Assembly (NCBI GenBank): GCA_002351705.1
Contig: DEHC01000009.1
Coordinates: 1-58,431 of the forward strand
Length of the DNA: 58,431 nt
Reading direction: 5' to 3'
DNA from: Gammaproteobacteria bacterium UBA2810
Lineage (GTDB): Bacteria > Pseudomonadota > Gammaproteobacteria > Enterobacterales > Succinivibrionaceae
The translations under genes and the position numbers were made by a program. Under the pieces are notes generated by a model, which was not told where the DNA came from, searched no databases, and saw nothing but the letters and a program-made list of their open reading frames with translations. Numbering within the stretch: position 1 is the stretch's first letter; each line of letters opens with the position of its first letter. Positions 19,813 to 30,805 of the stretch are shown piece by piece.

Positions 19813-22401
19813 TCATGCAACAACCAGGTTGAGGAGCTTGCCCTTGATGAAGATGGCCTTGCGGACAGTCTTCCCCTCAAGGAACTTCGCGGTGTTCGGC
19901 GACTTCTCGGCTGCGGCCCTGACCTCGGCCTCACCTGCGTCAGCGGGCATGGTGAGGCGGTCGCGGACCTTTCCGTTGACCTGCACTACGACGAGCTTGG
20001 TGTCGGAGACCATGGCGCTCTCGTCGGCCTTCGGCCAGGACGCGTCGTCGATGGCTCCCTCATGACCGAGCCTGTTCCAGAGTACGAAGCAGATGTGCGG
20101 GGTTACCGGGTAGAGCATCAGGACGATGGCGTTGAGCGCCTCGACCAGGACGGCCCTGCTGCCCTCATCGGTTCCGGTGATCTTCGCGAGGGTGTTCATG
20201 AGCTCCATGATCGCGGCTATCGCGGTGTTGAAAGTCTGGCGCCTCCCGATGTCGTCGGTCACCTTGGCGATGGTCTTGTGGACATCGCGGCGGACGGCCT
20301 TCTCGCTCTCGGTGAGCTTCGAGGGATCAACCTTCAGATCCCTGTACTGGACGTTGTCCATCACCATGTTCCAGAGGCGCTTCAGGAAGCGCTGCGCTCC
20401 GTCGACGCCGGATGCGGACCACTCGAGGGTGAGCTCTGCGGGGGAGGCGAACATCATGAAGAGGCGGACGGTGTCGGCGCCGTAGCGGTCAACCATGGTC
20501 TGCGGATCGATTCCGTTGTTCTTGGACTTCGACATCTTGGTCATGCCGGCGTGCACGAGCTCGTGTCCCTGCCAGGTGGCCTTGGTGATGTTGCCGGCGG
20601 TGTCCCTCGTGACCTCGACGTCGAGAGGGCTTATCCAGACGCGGGCGCCCGAGTCGTCAGTGTAGTAGAAGGCGTCAGCGAGCACCATGCCCTGGCAGAG
20701 CAGGTTGGTGAACGGCTCGTCGCACTTGACGAGGCCGGCGTCGCGGAGCAGCTTGTGGTAGAAGCGGGCATAGAGGAGGTGCAGGCAGGCATGCTCGATT
20801 CCTCCGATGTACTGATCAACAGGGAGCCAGTAGCTGGTCTCCTCCGGATCAAGCATGCCGTCCTTGTAGTCAGGGCAGCAGTAGCGGGCGTAGTACCAGC
20901 TTGACTCCATGAAGGTGTCGAAGGTGTCGGTCTCGCGGAGCGCAGGCTGGCCGTTGTAGGTGGTCTTCGCCCAGTTTTTGTCAGCCTTGATGGGGCTCTT
21001 GATGCCGTCCATGGTGACATCCTCGGGGAGGATCACCGGGATCTGATCCTCGGGAGCCGGGACTACCGTGCCGTCCTCAAGGGTGAGCATCGGGATCGGG
21101 GCGCCCCAGTATCTCTGGCGGGAGACGCTCCAGTCGCGGAGGCGGAAGTTCTCGGTGCGGTGGCCGCGGCCGATGCTCTCGAGCTTCTTTATGATTGCGT
21201 CGGTCGCGTGGTCGAAGTCGAGCCCGTCAAACTCGCCGGAGTTGAAGGTGACGCCGTGCTCGACCGATGCCTCCTTCGAGACGTCGGGCTCGCTGCCGTC
21301 AGCCTTTTTGATTACCGGGATTACGGGGAGGCCGTACTTCCTCGCGAAGTCCCAGTCCCTCTGGTCATGCGCGGGTACGCTCATGACGGCGCCGGTGCCG
21401 TAGTCCATGAGGACGAAGTTCGCTACCCAGATCGGGACCTTCTTCCCGTTCAGGGGATGGATGGCATAGAGGCCGGTCGCCATGCCCTTCTTCTCGATGG
21501 TCGCGATGTCCGCCTCGGCGACCTTGAGCTGCCTGATCTCGTCAATGAACTTCGCGAGCTCCGGATTGCCGGCTGCTGCCTTCTTCGCGAGCGGGTGCTC
21601 GGCTGCGACCGCGACATAGGTTACGCCCATCAGGGTGTCGGGGCGGGTGGTGAAGATCTCAAGCGTGTCATCGCTTCCGTCAACGCCGAAGGTTACCGAG
21701 GCGCCGTAGGACCTCCCGATCCAGTTGCGCTGCATGGTCTTGACCCTCTCCGGCCAGCCGGGGAGCTTGTCGAGGAAGTCGGTGAGCTCGTCGCCGTAGC
21801 TCGTGATCTTGAGGAACCACTGGGGGATTTCCTTCCTTACTACCGGGGTGTCGCACCTCCAGCAGCGGCCGTCCTGGACCTGCTCGTTCGCGAGCACGGT
21901 CTCGTCGTGCGGGCACCAGTTGACGGAGCTCATCTTCTTGTAGACGAGGCCCTTTTTGTAGAGCTCGGTGAAGAACTTCTGCTCCCACTTGTAGTAGTCA
22001 GGAGTGCAGGTCTTGATCTCGCGCGACCAGTCGAAGCCGAATCCGAGGCGCCTGAGCTGCCCCTCCATGTACTCGATGTTGGAGTAGGTCCACTTCGCGG
22101 GCTGGGTCTTGTTCTTGACCGCCGCGTTCTCCGCGGGGAGGCCGAACGAGTCGAAGCCGATGGGCTGCAGCACGTTCTTGCCGTTCATGCGCTGGTAGCG
22201 GGAGATCACGTCGCCGATGGTGTAGTTTCTGACGTGCCCCATGTGGAGGCGTCCGGAAGGATAGGGGAACATCGACAGGCAGTAGAACTTCTCCCTGCTC
22301 TTATCCATTCTGGCCTTGAAGGTCTGGTGCTCGTCCCAGTATTTCTGAACTGCCGGTTCGATTTCGTGTGGATTGTACTGTTCCTGGTTTGCCATAGTCA
22401 T
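19813..22401 (-). CDS. leuS: Leucine--tRNA ligase
   Basis: HMGH and KMSKS motifs. 862 aa, full length. Confidence 0.97.
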   Translation of the reverse strand: MTMANQEQYNPHEIEPAVQKYWDEHQTFKARMDKSREKFYCLSMFPYPSGRLHMGHVRNYTIGDVISRYQRMNGKNVLQPIGFDSFGLPAENAAVKNKTQPAKWTYSNIEYMEGQLRRLGFGFDWSREIKTCTPDYYKWEQKFFTELYKKGLVYKKMSSVNWCPHDETVLANEQVQDGRCWRCDTPVVRKEIPQWFLKITSYGDELTDFLDKLPGWPERVKTMQRNWIGRSYGASVTFGVDGSDDTLEIFTTRPDTLMGVTYVAVAAEHPLAKKAAAGNPELAKFIDEIRQLKVAEADIATIEKKGMATGLYAIHPLNGKKVPIWVANFVLMDYGTGAVMSVPAHDQRDWDFARKYGLPVIPVIKKADGSEPDVSKEASVEHGVTFNSGEFDGLDFDHATDAIIKKLESIGRGHRTENFRLRDWSVSRQRYWGAPIPMLTLEDGTVVPAPEDQIPVILPEDVTMDGIKSPIKADKNWAKTTYNGQPALRETDTFDTFMESSWYYARYCCPDYKDGMLDPEETSYWLPVDQYIGGIEHACLHLLYARFYHKLLRDAGLVKCDEPFTNLLCQGMVLADAFYYTDDSGARVWISPLDVEVTRDTAGNITKATWQGHELVHAGMTKMSKSKNNGIDPQTMVDRYGADTVRLFMMFASPAELTLEWSASGVDGAQRFLKRLWNMVMDNVQYRDLKVDPSKLTESEKAVRRDVHKTIAKVTDDIGRRQTFNTAIAAIMELMNTLAKITGTDEGSRAVLVEALNAIVLMLYPVTPHICFVLWNRLGHEGAIDDASWPKADESAMVSDTKLVVVQVNGKVRDRLTMPADAGEAEVRAAAEKSPNTAKFLEGKTVRKAIFIKGKLLNLVVA

Positions 22402-22574
22402 TTCGGATGTCTCTCAAAAGCCCTGAGGGCTCAAATGTTAAAACACTGCAATTATACGCCATGAAGAGTGTTTTGACGCATGCGGCGGGACATTCTGCCT
22501 GATCCCGTTGTATGGTAGAATGAGCGGCATCGCTGCCGCATGGCAGACGGTGTGATGAGCAGGAGACTAGGTTC

Positions 22575-23504
22575 ATGAAGAAGTGGGGAGTTTTCGCGGC
22601 GCTTGCCGCCTGCGCCGCGTATCTGGCGGCGCCCTCGGCGGACGCGGTCGAGTATGTGCTTCCGCGCGACGGCGGAAGGGTCGTCGGGGAGAATCTCACC
22701 TATGAGGTGCCGGGCGGCAACATCTCGCTCGAGGACATCTCGTCAAGGTACCAGCTCGGCCTGAGCAACATGCTCGAGGCAAACCCCGGGGTTGACGCGC
22801 TGTCGCCGAAGAAGGGCACCACGCTCATCATCCCGCACCAGCTCATCCTTCCTGACACTGTACATGAGGGCATCATCGTCAACACCGCCGAGATGCGCCT
22901 TTACTACTATCCGAAGGACAGCGGCACCGTCGTGGTGCTCCCCATCGGCATCGGGCAGCTCGGCAGGGACACACCGAAGGACTGGGTGACCAAGGTCGAG
23001 AGGAAGAAGGACGGCCCGACCTGGACGCCGACGGCCGCCATGAGGGCCGAGTACAAGGCAAGGGGCGAGGAGCTCCCGGCTGTGGTCCCTGCCGGCAAGG
23101 ACAACCCGATGGGCCTTTACGCGCTCTATGTCGGAAGGCTCTATGCGATCCACGGAACCAATGCGAACTTCGGCATCGGGCTCCGCGTGAGCCACGGCTG
23201 CGTGCGCCTGCGCGACGCGGACATCGCCTGGCTCTTCCACAACGTTCCGGTCGGGACCAGGGTGCAGTTCATCAACCAGCCTGTGAAGTACTCGCGCGAG
23301 CCTGACGGCTCGATGTTCCTCGAGGTGCACCAGCCGCTCTCCGAGAACGAGGCCGAGTTCAGCTCCGAGCACCAGGTCCCGCTGTCGCTCTCAGGCGACG
23401 CGGTCAGCTTCATCACCGATCCCGAGGTTGACGAGAGCAGGCTCCGCCAGGCCCTTGAGGACCGTACGGGCTATCCTGTACAGATCAACGGCTTCTCATT
23501 CTGA
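22575..23504 (+). CDS. L,D-transpeptidase (YkuD/ErfK/YbiS family) with N-terminal LysM domain and signal peptide
   Basis: Catalytic motif [25 protein letters not shown]. LysM-like [23 protein letters not shown]. Confidence 0.88.
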   Translation: MKKWGVFAALAACAAYLAAPSADAVEYVLPRDGGRVVGENLTYEVPGGNISLEDISSRYQLGLSNMLEANPGVDALSPKKGTTLIIPHQLILPDTVHEGIIVNTAEMRLYYYPKDSGTVVVLPIGIGQLGRDTPKDWVTKVERKKDGPTWTPTAAMRAEYKARGEELPAVVPAGKDNPMGLYALYVGRLYAIHGTNANFGIGLRVSHGCVRLRDADIAWLFHNVPVGTRVQFINQPVKYSREPDGSMFLEVHQPLSENEAEFSSEHQVPLSLSGDAVSFITDPEVDESRLRQALEDRTGYPVQINGFSF

Positions 23505-23571
23505 CATTCAGGGGCGCCCGTGACGGGCGCCTTCCCCCGGGCTTTCCCGGATCTTAGAGACGGAGGTAACA

Positions 23572-25605
23572 GTGACAATAAGGCTTCTGCCTCCGGTTCT
23601 TGCCAATCAGATTGCGGCCGGCGAGGTCGTGGAGCGTCCCGCGTCAGTCGTCAAGGAGCTTGTCGAGAACTCTCTTGACGCCGGCGCCACCAGAATCGAT
23701 GTAGACATCGTCCAGGGCGGGGCAAAGCTCATCCGCGTCCGGGACAACGGCTCCGGCATCCCCCGTGACGAGCTCCCGCTCGCGCTTGTGCGCCACGCCA
23801 CCTCGAAAATCAGCACGGCCGACGATCTCGCCGCCATCACCACCATGGGCTTCCGCGGCGAGGCGCTAGCCTCGGCGGCGTCTGTCTCGAGGCTCACCCT
23901 CACCTCCCGCACGGAGGATGAGAAGGAGGCCTGGCAGGTATTTGCCGAGGGAAGCGCAGAGGAGGCGTCCATAAAGCCTGCCTCGCACCCGGTGGGCACG
24001 ACGGTCGAGGTGAAGGATCTCTTCTTCAACGTCCCGGCGAGGCGCCGCTTCCTCAAGAGCGAGAAGACCGAGTTCTCCCGCATCCTGCAGACCGTCTCCC
24101 ATCTCGCGCTCTCGAGGTTTGACTTCGAGATTTCCCTGAGGCGCGACGGGCGCCTCGTGAAGACCGTGAGGATCCCCGCGGATCCTGACGAGGACATCAT
24201 CCGGGTCGGATCGGTCGTCGGCGGATCATTTGCCGAGGAGGCCGTCAGGGTCTCGGAGGAGAGCGCCGGAACAGAGCTCAAGGGCTGGATCATGATGCCC
24301 GATCCGGAGGGAGGCTCAGCGCCTGACGAGTATTTCTTCGTGAACGGCAGGGCGGTGCGCGACCGTCTCCTGATGCATGCCGTAAGGCAGGCGGCGACCG
24401 AGATCACTGGGAAGAACGCCGTTCCCTCCTATGTGCTCTACCTTAAGATTGATCCGCATGACGTTGACGTCAACGTCCACCCGACAAAGCATGAGGTGAG
24501 GTTCGCCGAGGCTAGGTCCGTGCATGATCTCGTGGTGCTCGGCGTGAGGAACGCCTTCGCCGGGGTCTACGGGCAGGGCAGCGTCTTTCCCGAGACTGAC
24601 GAGGGAGGCTACGCTCCGCCGGAGATAAAGTTCAGGGAACGGCGGGAGGGAGAGGACCTATTCTCCGGAAACCGTGAAACCGCGGCGCCTGGAACCGCGC
24701 CCGGGAGCGGCGGGGCCGCTCCTGCGGGAGCCCCCCTGGGGAGCGCTTCTGGCAGCATCCCATCAGGCGGCAGCGGGAAAGGTGAGGACTCCTGGTTCAC
24801 GCTCCGGGTACGCGCCGGCGGTGCGGGCAGCGGTGCCGGAACCTGCTCCCGCGGCGGGAGTCAGGAATCAGCCGGCGGCTTCCGGAGCAGGTCGCAGCAG
24901 TTCAGGAGCGGCGGTGAGCGGCAGCTCTCGAGAAGCGACATGGAGCGCTCCGCGAGGGCATATGAGGAGCTTTACCGGGCAAGGCTCCCCGGAGAGGAAG
25001 AGGATGGCGCCGGTGACGGGTCCGGCGCCGGTACATCCGCCGCGGCGTCCCCCGCGGCAGGCGCTGACACGGAATACCGCCTCCTCAGGATAGTTGACGG
25101 GCATACCGGAGTGTTCGCCGGAAAATCAGATCTTTATCTTCTGAATCTCCCCGGGGCGTTCATCAGGGTGACGGAGGATGCGCTCCTTGAGGGCACGCCC
25201 CTCCGGGCACTCTCGTCTGCTCCTCTTATCATGCCGGTGTCAGTCAGGACATCGGAGAAGAATGCCGCGTGGATAAGCGGACATGATGAGTTCCTGAAGA
25301 GCCTCGGCTTCTCCCTCCGGGTGAGAGGGAATTCCGTGCAGTTCAACGCGGTTCCGCTTGCGCTCCGGACCACCGTTGTCGCCGACACCAGCCTCCGCCT
25401 CATCACGGACGCCGCGGACCGGGGCCTCGCCGGAGCGCCCGACAGGCCGTTTGCGGAGCTGTTTGCAAAGACAGCCGCGGAGGGGAGGAAGTTCACGCCC
25501 GCAGAGGCGCTTGATCTGGCCGCGCGCGCGGCTGGCCTGATGGAGCGGCTCCCCGCGGATTTCCTCGATGAGGCGGTCAGGAAGCATACCGGAGGTGACG
25601 CATGA
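23572..25605 (+). CDS. mutL: DNA mismatch repair protein MutL
   Basis: LPPVLANQIAAGEVVERPASVVKELVENSLDAGATRIDVDI GHKL ATPase N-terminus, highly similar to E. coli MutL. A long Gly/Ser/Ala/Arg-rich linker precedes the C-terminal dimerisation domain. Confidence 0.95.
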   Translation: MTIRLLPPVLANQIAAGEVVERPASVVKELVENSLDAGATRIDVDIVQGGAKLIRVRDNGSGIPRDELPLALVRHATSKISTADDLAAITTMGFRGEALASAASVSRLTLTSRTEDEKEAWQVFAEGSAEEASIKPASHPVGTTVEVKDLFFNVPARRRFLKSEKTEFSRILQTVSHLALSRFDFEISLRRDGRLVKTVRIPADPDEDIIRVGSVVGGSFAEEAVRVSEESAGTELKGWIMMPDPEGGSAPDEYFFVNGRAVRDRLLMHAVRQAATEITGKNAVPSYVLYLKIDPHDVDVNVHPTKHEVRFAEARSVHDLVVLGVRNAFAGVYGQGSVFPETDEGGYAPPEIKFRERREGEDLFSGNRETAAPGTAPGSGGAAPAGAPLGSASGSIPSGGSGKGEDSWFTLRVRAGGAGSGAGTCSRGGSQESAGGFRSRSQQFRSGGERQLSRSDMERSARAYEELYRARLPGEEEDGAGDGSGAGTSAAASPAAGADTEYRLLRIVDGHTGVFAGKSDLYLLNLPGAFIRVTEDALLEGTPLRALSSAPLIMPVSVRTSEKNAAWISGHDEFLKSLGFSLRVRGNSVQFNAVPLALRTTVVADTSLRLITDAADRGLAGAPDRPFAELFAKTAAEGRKFTPAEALDLAARAAGLMERLPADFLDEAVRKHTGGDA

Positions 25606-26525
25606 AGCCTGTGATAGCCGTAATCGGACCGACCGCTGCCGGAAAGACCAGGATTGCGGTCGAGGTCGCGGAGAAGGTCGGGGGCGAGGTGATAAGCGTC
25701 GACTCAGCGCTGATCTACCGCGGGATGGACATCGGCACGGCGAAGCCGGATGATGAGGAGATGAGGGGCATACCCCATCACCTCATCGACATCAGGGATC
25801 CCTGGGAGACCTACTCGGCGGCGGAGTTCTTCCGCGATGCGGAGGAGGCCGCGGCCGGCATCCTCGCGCGCGGCCATGTGCCGGTACTTGCGGGAGGGAC
25901 CATGATGTACATGCGTTCCCTCGCCGAGGGGCTCTCTCCCCTTCCTGAGTCGAATCCCGGCGTCAGGGCAGGCCTTACCTCCTTCATCGAGGAGCACGGC
26001 CTGAAGGCCCTCCATGACAAGCTCGCCGAGGTCGATCCGCAGTCCGCGGCCAGAATCAACGAGAACGATCCGCAGCGCACCATCCGCGCGCTCGAGGTCT
26101 GGGAAATCAGCGGGAGGACCATGACCGAGCTCCTCCGGAAGCCCGGCAGGACATTCCGCTATCCCCTGCTCACTTTCATGACCCTCCCGGACAGAGGCTA
26201 TCTCCGGGAGAAAATCAGGCTGCGCTTCGTCGAGATGCTGAAGAACGGCTTCGAGGACGAGGTGAGGGGGCTCATGGCGACAGGAAAGCTCCGTCCTGAG
26301 ATGCCGAGCATGCGCTCGGTCGGCTACCGGCAGATGTGGCAGTACCTCTCAGGGGAGCTCACGCGCGAGGAGATGATCTTCCGGGCCGTCACGGCCACCT
26401 GCCAGCTCGCGAAGCACCAGACCACTTGGTGCAGGGGCTGGAAGAAGGAGAAGAACGAGATCGATCCGAGGGAGCAGGGGATTTCCGAGAGAATTGCCTC
26501 AGCCTGGCGCAATGCTCCGGAATAA
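25602..26525 (+). CDS. miaA: tRNA dimethylallyltransferase
   Basis: P-loop IGPTAAGKT. 307 aa. mutL-miaA adjacency with 4-bp overlap. Confidence 0.93.
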   Translation: MKPVIAVIGPTAAGKTRIAVEVAEKVGGEVISVDSALIYRGMDIGTAKPDDEEMRGIPHHLIDIRDPWETYSAAEFFRDAEEAAAGILARGHVPVLAGGTMMYMRSLAEGLSPLPESNPGVRAGLTSFIEEHGLKALHDKLAEVDPQSAARINENDPQRTIRALEVWEISGRTMTELLRKPGRTFRYPLLTFMTLPDRGYLREKIRLRFVEMLKNGFEDEVRGLMATGKLRPEMPSMRSVGYRQMWQYLSGELTREEMIFRAVTATCQLAKHQTTWCRGWKKEKNEIDPREQGISERIASAWRNAPE

Positions 26526-26582
26526 CCGGTCTTTGCGCTATACTCATTCATCATTTTTTATTACCGGAAAACGGGTTTACAT

Positions 26583-27254
26583 ATGAAAATTCAGAGCAAG
26601 AGCGTTGTTTCCATTTCCTATGTGCTGAAGGATGACGCGGGGAATGTCCTCGACGAGTCCGCGGGCGAGGATCTTGTCTACATGCACGGTACCGGGAGGC
26701 TCCTGGACAGCCTCGAGCAGAAGCTCGAGGGCCGTGAGGCAGGCGAGAAGCTCAGCGTCAGGCTCACCCCTGAGGAGGCCTACGGCGCGAGGGACGCAGA
26801 CAAGGTCCGCACCGTGAAGCGCGCGCTCTTCGAGGGGCTCGAGCCCGAGGTCGGCTCCGCCTACAGCCTTGAGACCGATCAGGGCATGCAGACCGCCGTT
26901 GTAGTGAAGATCGACGGAGATGACGTAACCATCGACATGAACCATCCGCTTGCCGGCATGAACCTCAACTTCGACATCACCATAGATGAGGTCCGCGAGC
27001 CGACCGCTGAGGAGCTCAAGCACGGCCACGCCCATCCGCACGGCCACTGCGAGGATGACGATGATGATGATGAGTGCTGCTGCCACCACCATCACGACGG
27101 CGATGACGATGACCATGACCACTGCTGTTGCGGGCACCATCACCACGATGACGATGGTGATCATGACCACTGCTGCCATCATCATGACCATGACGATGAC
27201 GATCATGACGGGCATGATCACTGCTGCCATCACCACCATCACGACGGTGAGTGA
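26583..27254 (+). CDS. slyD: FKBP-type peptidyl-prolyl isomerase SlyD with an expanded His/Asp/Cys-rich metal-binding tail
   Basis: The FKBP plus IF domain (MKIQSKSVVSISYVLKDD...) is collinear with SlyD. The C-terminal ~70 aa consists of four tandem CC(C)-H3-5-D-rich modules. Confidence 0.88.
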   Translation: MKIQSKSVVSISYVLKDDAGNVLDESAGEDLVYMHGTGRLLDSLEQKLEGREAGEKLSVRLTPEEAYGARDADKVRTVKRALFEGLEPEVGSAYSLETDQGMQTAVVVKIDGDDVTIDMNHPLAGMNLNFDITIDEVREPTAEELKHGHAHPHGHCEDDDDDDECCCHHHHDGDDDDHDHCCCGHHHHDDDGDHDHCCHHHDHDDDDHDGHDHCCHHHHHDGE

Positions 27255-27411
27255 CAGCTTTCAGGCCTCCTTTGAATAACCGGAGGCCGTAAGGACAGCC
27301 GCCCGGTGACGGATGCCGGGCATTCTCAGAACCGGACCGGCTGATCCGGACAATGGATAAAGAAACAGCTGACAGCGCAGACTTCACTGCTGCCGGCAAA
27401 GGAGTCCCGGA

Positions 27412-28344
27412 ATGTTCTGCAGCAACTGCGGGGCCTTCATGCCTGACGGCAGCAGCTTCTGCCCCAGGTGCGGCAGCCCCGCCTCTGACATCTTCTCTGA
27501 TCTCAAGACAGCAAAAGCCAGGCCTTCATCTCAGAAGTTCAGTCCCGGTACTCTGCTGTCACCTTCAGGCTGGCTCAGCTTCAGCGGGCACATTAAGAGG
27601 AAGGAGTTCTGGGGCAGGCTCCTGATTCTGATCCTGGGCTTTTTCGTGCTCAGATGTGCAGTTTCACTCCTCGCCGGGGATAAGGGATTTGTCGAGCCGG
27701 GCGCTGCAGCCTGCGTCATCTTCGGTGCGGGTGTCGCCATGCTGTGGTCGCTTTTATCAATATTTACAAGGCGGCTGCATGATATGAACTTAACCGGTCT
27801 GTGGACTGTTTTCCTGATCCTTATACCGCTTGCATTTCCGCTTTTCTGCCTGGTGCTTGGCTTAATTCCCTCATCAGCCACACCGTACAGCCCTCCAAAG
27901 CGTCAGGCTCCGCGCTATTCTTCACGCGGCAGTTATAGTTATCATCGCGGTTATGACGATTCCGAGCGCCGGCGCAGGGAAGAGGAGAGGCGCCGTGAGG
28001 AGGAGGAAGCCAGAATGCGCATGGACGAAAAGGAATACCAGGACTGGCTCATGATGCGAAGACGCCAGGAGGAAGAAGAGAAACGCCGTGAAGAGGAGGA
28101 GCTCCGGGAAGAGGAGAGCCGCCGGGCATATGAGAGACAGAGGGAGGAGGACAGAGAGCGCGAGGAGCGGCAGTGGGAGGAGGACAGGCGCCGCGAGGAA
28201 GAATGGCGGGAGGAACAGAGGCGCGAGCAGGAGAGACGCGATGAGGAGCAGCGCCGTGAAGAGGAACGCCGTATGGAAGAGGAGCGGCAGCGCGAGGAGG
28301 ACAGGCGCAGGGAAGAAGAGAGCCGGAACAGCGGCGGCTGGTGA
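27412..28344 (+). CDS. DUF805 inner-membrane protein fused to an N-terminal zinc ribbon and a C-terminal Glu/Arg-rich tail
   Basis: CSNCG...CPRCG ribbon. DUF805 hallmark (GHIKRKEFWGRL...TRRLHDMNLTGLW, 3 TM segments). The tail of about 130 aa is ERRREEE repeats. Confidence 0.75.
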   Translation: MFCSNCGAFMPDGSSFCPRCGSPASDIFSDLKTAKARPSSQKFSPGTLLSPSGWLSFSGHIKRKEFWGRLLILILGFFVLRCAVSLLAGDKGFVEPGAAACVIFGAGVAMLWSLLSIFTRRLHDMNLTGLWTVFLILIPLAFPLFCLVLGLIPSSATPYSPPKRQAPRYSSRGSYSYHRGYDDSERRRREEERRREEEEARMRMDEKEYQDWLMMRRRQEEEEKRREEEELREEESRRAYERQREEDREREERQWEEDRRREEEWREEQRREQERRDEEQRREEERRMEEERQREEDRRREEESRNSGGW

Positions 28345-28423
28345 GCGGAACGCATGAAATGAAGCCGTTAGTGAGCGGTCACCCTCTTTCAGTTCATAAG
28401 TGACGGGAATCAGAGGGCTTTCC

Positions 28424-28466
28424 CCCGGGCCGGGACAGATATGTTTCCGGCCCTTATTTTTTTTAT
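28424..28466 (+). terminator. Rho-independent terminator
   Basis: gggccgg-13 nt loop-ccggccc followed by ttattttttttatt. Confidence 0.55.
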
Positions 28467-28606
28467 TCAGCCGGCTGCCGCCCGGCGAGCGCACGCCCCT
28501 GGGACGATTTCAGAAATGTGTGAATTCTGGGCGTTGCGTCAACAAGTTAAACAGGTCAAGCCGATACAATCACGATGTTTATCCCCCTGCTGAACGGAGG
28601 TGTCTT

Positions 28607-30052
28607 ATGGCTGAAGAACAGGTCAGAGATACAGATATATTTGCTAATCTTAAAGAGGAGGACATCAACTCCAAGAAGGTGGCAAGGTTCACGCTCTTTG
28701 TGTGCCTCATCGCTGCCGTCGCCGGACTGATGTTCGGATTTGACACCGGAGTCATCTCCGGGGCGCTTGCCTTCATACAGAATGATTTCCAGGTGCCCAA
28801 TGACTCGCTGACCCTGGGCTTCATCGTTGGCTCAACTCCTGCGGGCGCCTGCATCGGCGCGCTCTGCGGCGGAATGATCTCGTCAAGGCTCGGCAGAAGG
28901 CGCTCGCTTAAAGTAAGCGCGCTCTTCTTCATTGTCGGTGCTCTGGTCTGCACTCTCGCTTCGGGAGTCGCAGTCATGATCCTCGGCAAGCTGATCCTGG
29001 GACTTGCCATCGGTATCGCATCATTCGTGACTCCGCTCTACCTCTCCGAGGTCGCACCCGAGAACATCCGCGGAAGCATGATTTCGCTCTACCAGCTGAT
29101 GATCACCATCGGCATCGCGGTATCCTATGTCTCCGACCTCGGCTTCGCCCAGATCGAGTCATGGAGAGGCATGTTCGGCGTGACTGTCGTCCCTGCGATT
29201 CTTCTCCTCATCGGCGTGCACTTTGTGCCGGGCTCGCCCAAGTGGCTCATAGCGAAGGGCAAGGACCATGAGGCAATCGAGGTCCTGAAGAAGGTGAGGA
29301 CCAGCGTTGACAAGATCAGGACAGAGGTCTCGAACATCAAGGACACCCTGAAGGTCAAGCATGACGGCTTCGGCCTTTTCAGGGCGAATGCCAACTTCAG
29401 GAAGGTCGTGTTCCTCGGCATCGTGCTGCAGCTCGTGCAGCAGCTGACCGGCATCAACATCGTCATGTACTTCTGCCCGAAGATCATGGAGATGGCCGGG
29501 TTCGGCTCGCACAACGCGCAGATGTGGGCGACGATAGTCATCGGCATCACGAACGTCCTCTCGACCTTCATTGCCATCGCGCTTGTCGACAGGTGGGGCC
29601 GCCGCCCGATCCTCATCACGGGCTTTGCTATCATGGCTGCAGCCATGCTCACCATAGCTGCCTGCATCAGCCTGCATACTGACAACGGAGGGGCCCTCGC
29701 CTATGTCACTGTCGGCGCGGTAATGATCTTCATCGTCGGCTTCGCAGCGTCAGCAGGACCTCTTATCTGGGTGCTCTGCTCCGAGATCCAGCCCCTCAAG
29801 GGAAGGGATTTCGGCATCACCTGCTCGACCGCGTCAAACTGGATCTCGAACGCCATCATCACCACGGTGTTCCCCATCGTGCTCGGTGCGATTGGCAATA
29901 CCGCAACGTTCGTGATGCTCGGCGTCTTCAACTTCGCCTTCATCTTCTTCACCATGATGTATGTCCCCGAGACCAAGGGAATCTCCCTTGAGGGCATCGA
30001 GAAGAACCTCATGGAAGGGAAGAAGCTGAGGAACCTCGGCGACGCATCGTGA
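28607..30052 (+). CDS. MFS sugar:H+ symporter (sugar porter family, GalP/XylE/AraE-like)
   Basis: LMFGFDTGVISGA, GRRRSL and PESPKWL-like motifs. 12 TM, 481 aa. Start at the ATG at 28607 after GGAGG; the ORF track extends to 28400. Confidence 0.88.
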   Translation: MAEEQVRDTDIFANLKEEDINSKKVARFTLFVCLIAAVAGLMFGFDTGVISGALAFIQNDFQVPNDSLTLGFIVGSTPAGACIGALCGGMISSRLGRRRSLKVSALFFIVGALVCTLASGVAVMILGKLILGLAIGIASFVTPLYLSEVAPENIRGSMISLYQLMITIGIAVSYVSDLGFAQIESWRGMFGVTVVPAILLLIGVHFVPGSPKWLIAKGKDHEAIEVLKKVRTSVDKIRTEVSNIKDTLKVKHDGFGLFRANANFRKVVFLGIVLQLVQQLTGINIVMYFCPKIMEMAGFGSHNAQMWATIVIGITNVLSTFIAIALVDRWGRRPILITGFAIMAAAMLTIAACISLHTDNGGALAYVTVGAVMIFIVGFAASAGPLIWVLCSEIQPLKGRDFGITCSTASNWISNAIITTVFPIVLGAIGNTATFVMLGVFNFAFIFFTMMYVPETKGISLEGIEKNLMEGKKLRNLGDAS

Positions 30053-30298
30053 TGCATCAGTGCCGGAGAGAGTCTCTCCGGCGATGCAAGACAGGCGGCG
30101 GCCTCCGCGGAAGCGGGGACCGCCGCTTTCATTTTCAGGGAAAATCTGGAGGCGGGCATGGCATCACGGAGCCGCCTGCCTGTGCCGGCTGCGGAAAATT
30201 CCCTGCTTGATTTTGCACGGGAAGGCAGCCATATTAACCGTGTACGGCGCACGTGGCATGGACGGGCGCAGACACTTTTTTGATTCAGGGAGAATTTC

Positions 30299-30805
30299 AT
30301 GAAGGATTTCGAGAAGGAGAGCTTTCCGGTCTTCGACATGTTCAACAACGAATGGGCGCTTGCGACGGCAGGCACTCCTGATAAGTTCAACACCTGCACC
30401 ATCTCCTGGGGCAGCCTCGGCTCCATCTGGGGAAACGCGGGAAAGGCAAAGCCCATTGTCACCATCTACATCCATCCGACCCGCTACACCAATGAGTTCC
30501 TCAGAAGCAATGAGCTCTTCACCGTAAGCTTCTTCCCGAAGGAGCACAGGAAGGATCTCGCCATACTCGGCAAGCTCTCCGGAAGGGACGGCGACAAGGT
30601 TGCGAAGACCTCGCTTACCCCGGAGTTCACTGACGGGACTGTCACCTTTAAGGAGGCAACGAGGGTATTCGTCTGCCGCAAGCTCTATGAAGGCCCCATT
30701 CTGAAGGAGAACATCGATCCGGAAATCGTCAGTGAAATCTATCCGGACAGGGACGCTCATGACATTTTCATCGGCGAGATCATGAAAATCATCGACCGTA
30801 AGTGA
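30299..30805 (+). CDS. Flavin reductase-like (FMN-binding split-barrel) domain protein
   Basis: Weak family resemblance: DMFNNEWALATAG...CTISWGSLGSIW...IVTIYIHPTRYT. Confidence 0.5.
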   Translation: MKDFEKESFPVFDMFNNEWALATAGTPDKFNTCTISWGSLGSIWGNAGKAKPIVTIYIHPTRYTNEFLRSNELFTVSFFPKEHRKDLAILGKLSGRDGDKVAKTSLTPEFTDGTVTFKEATRVFVCRKLYEGPILKENIDPEIVSEIYPDRDAHDIFIGEIMKIIDRK

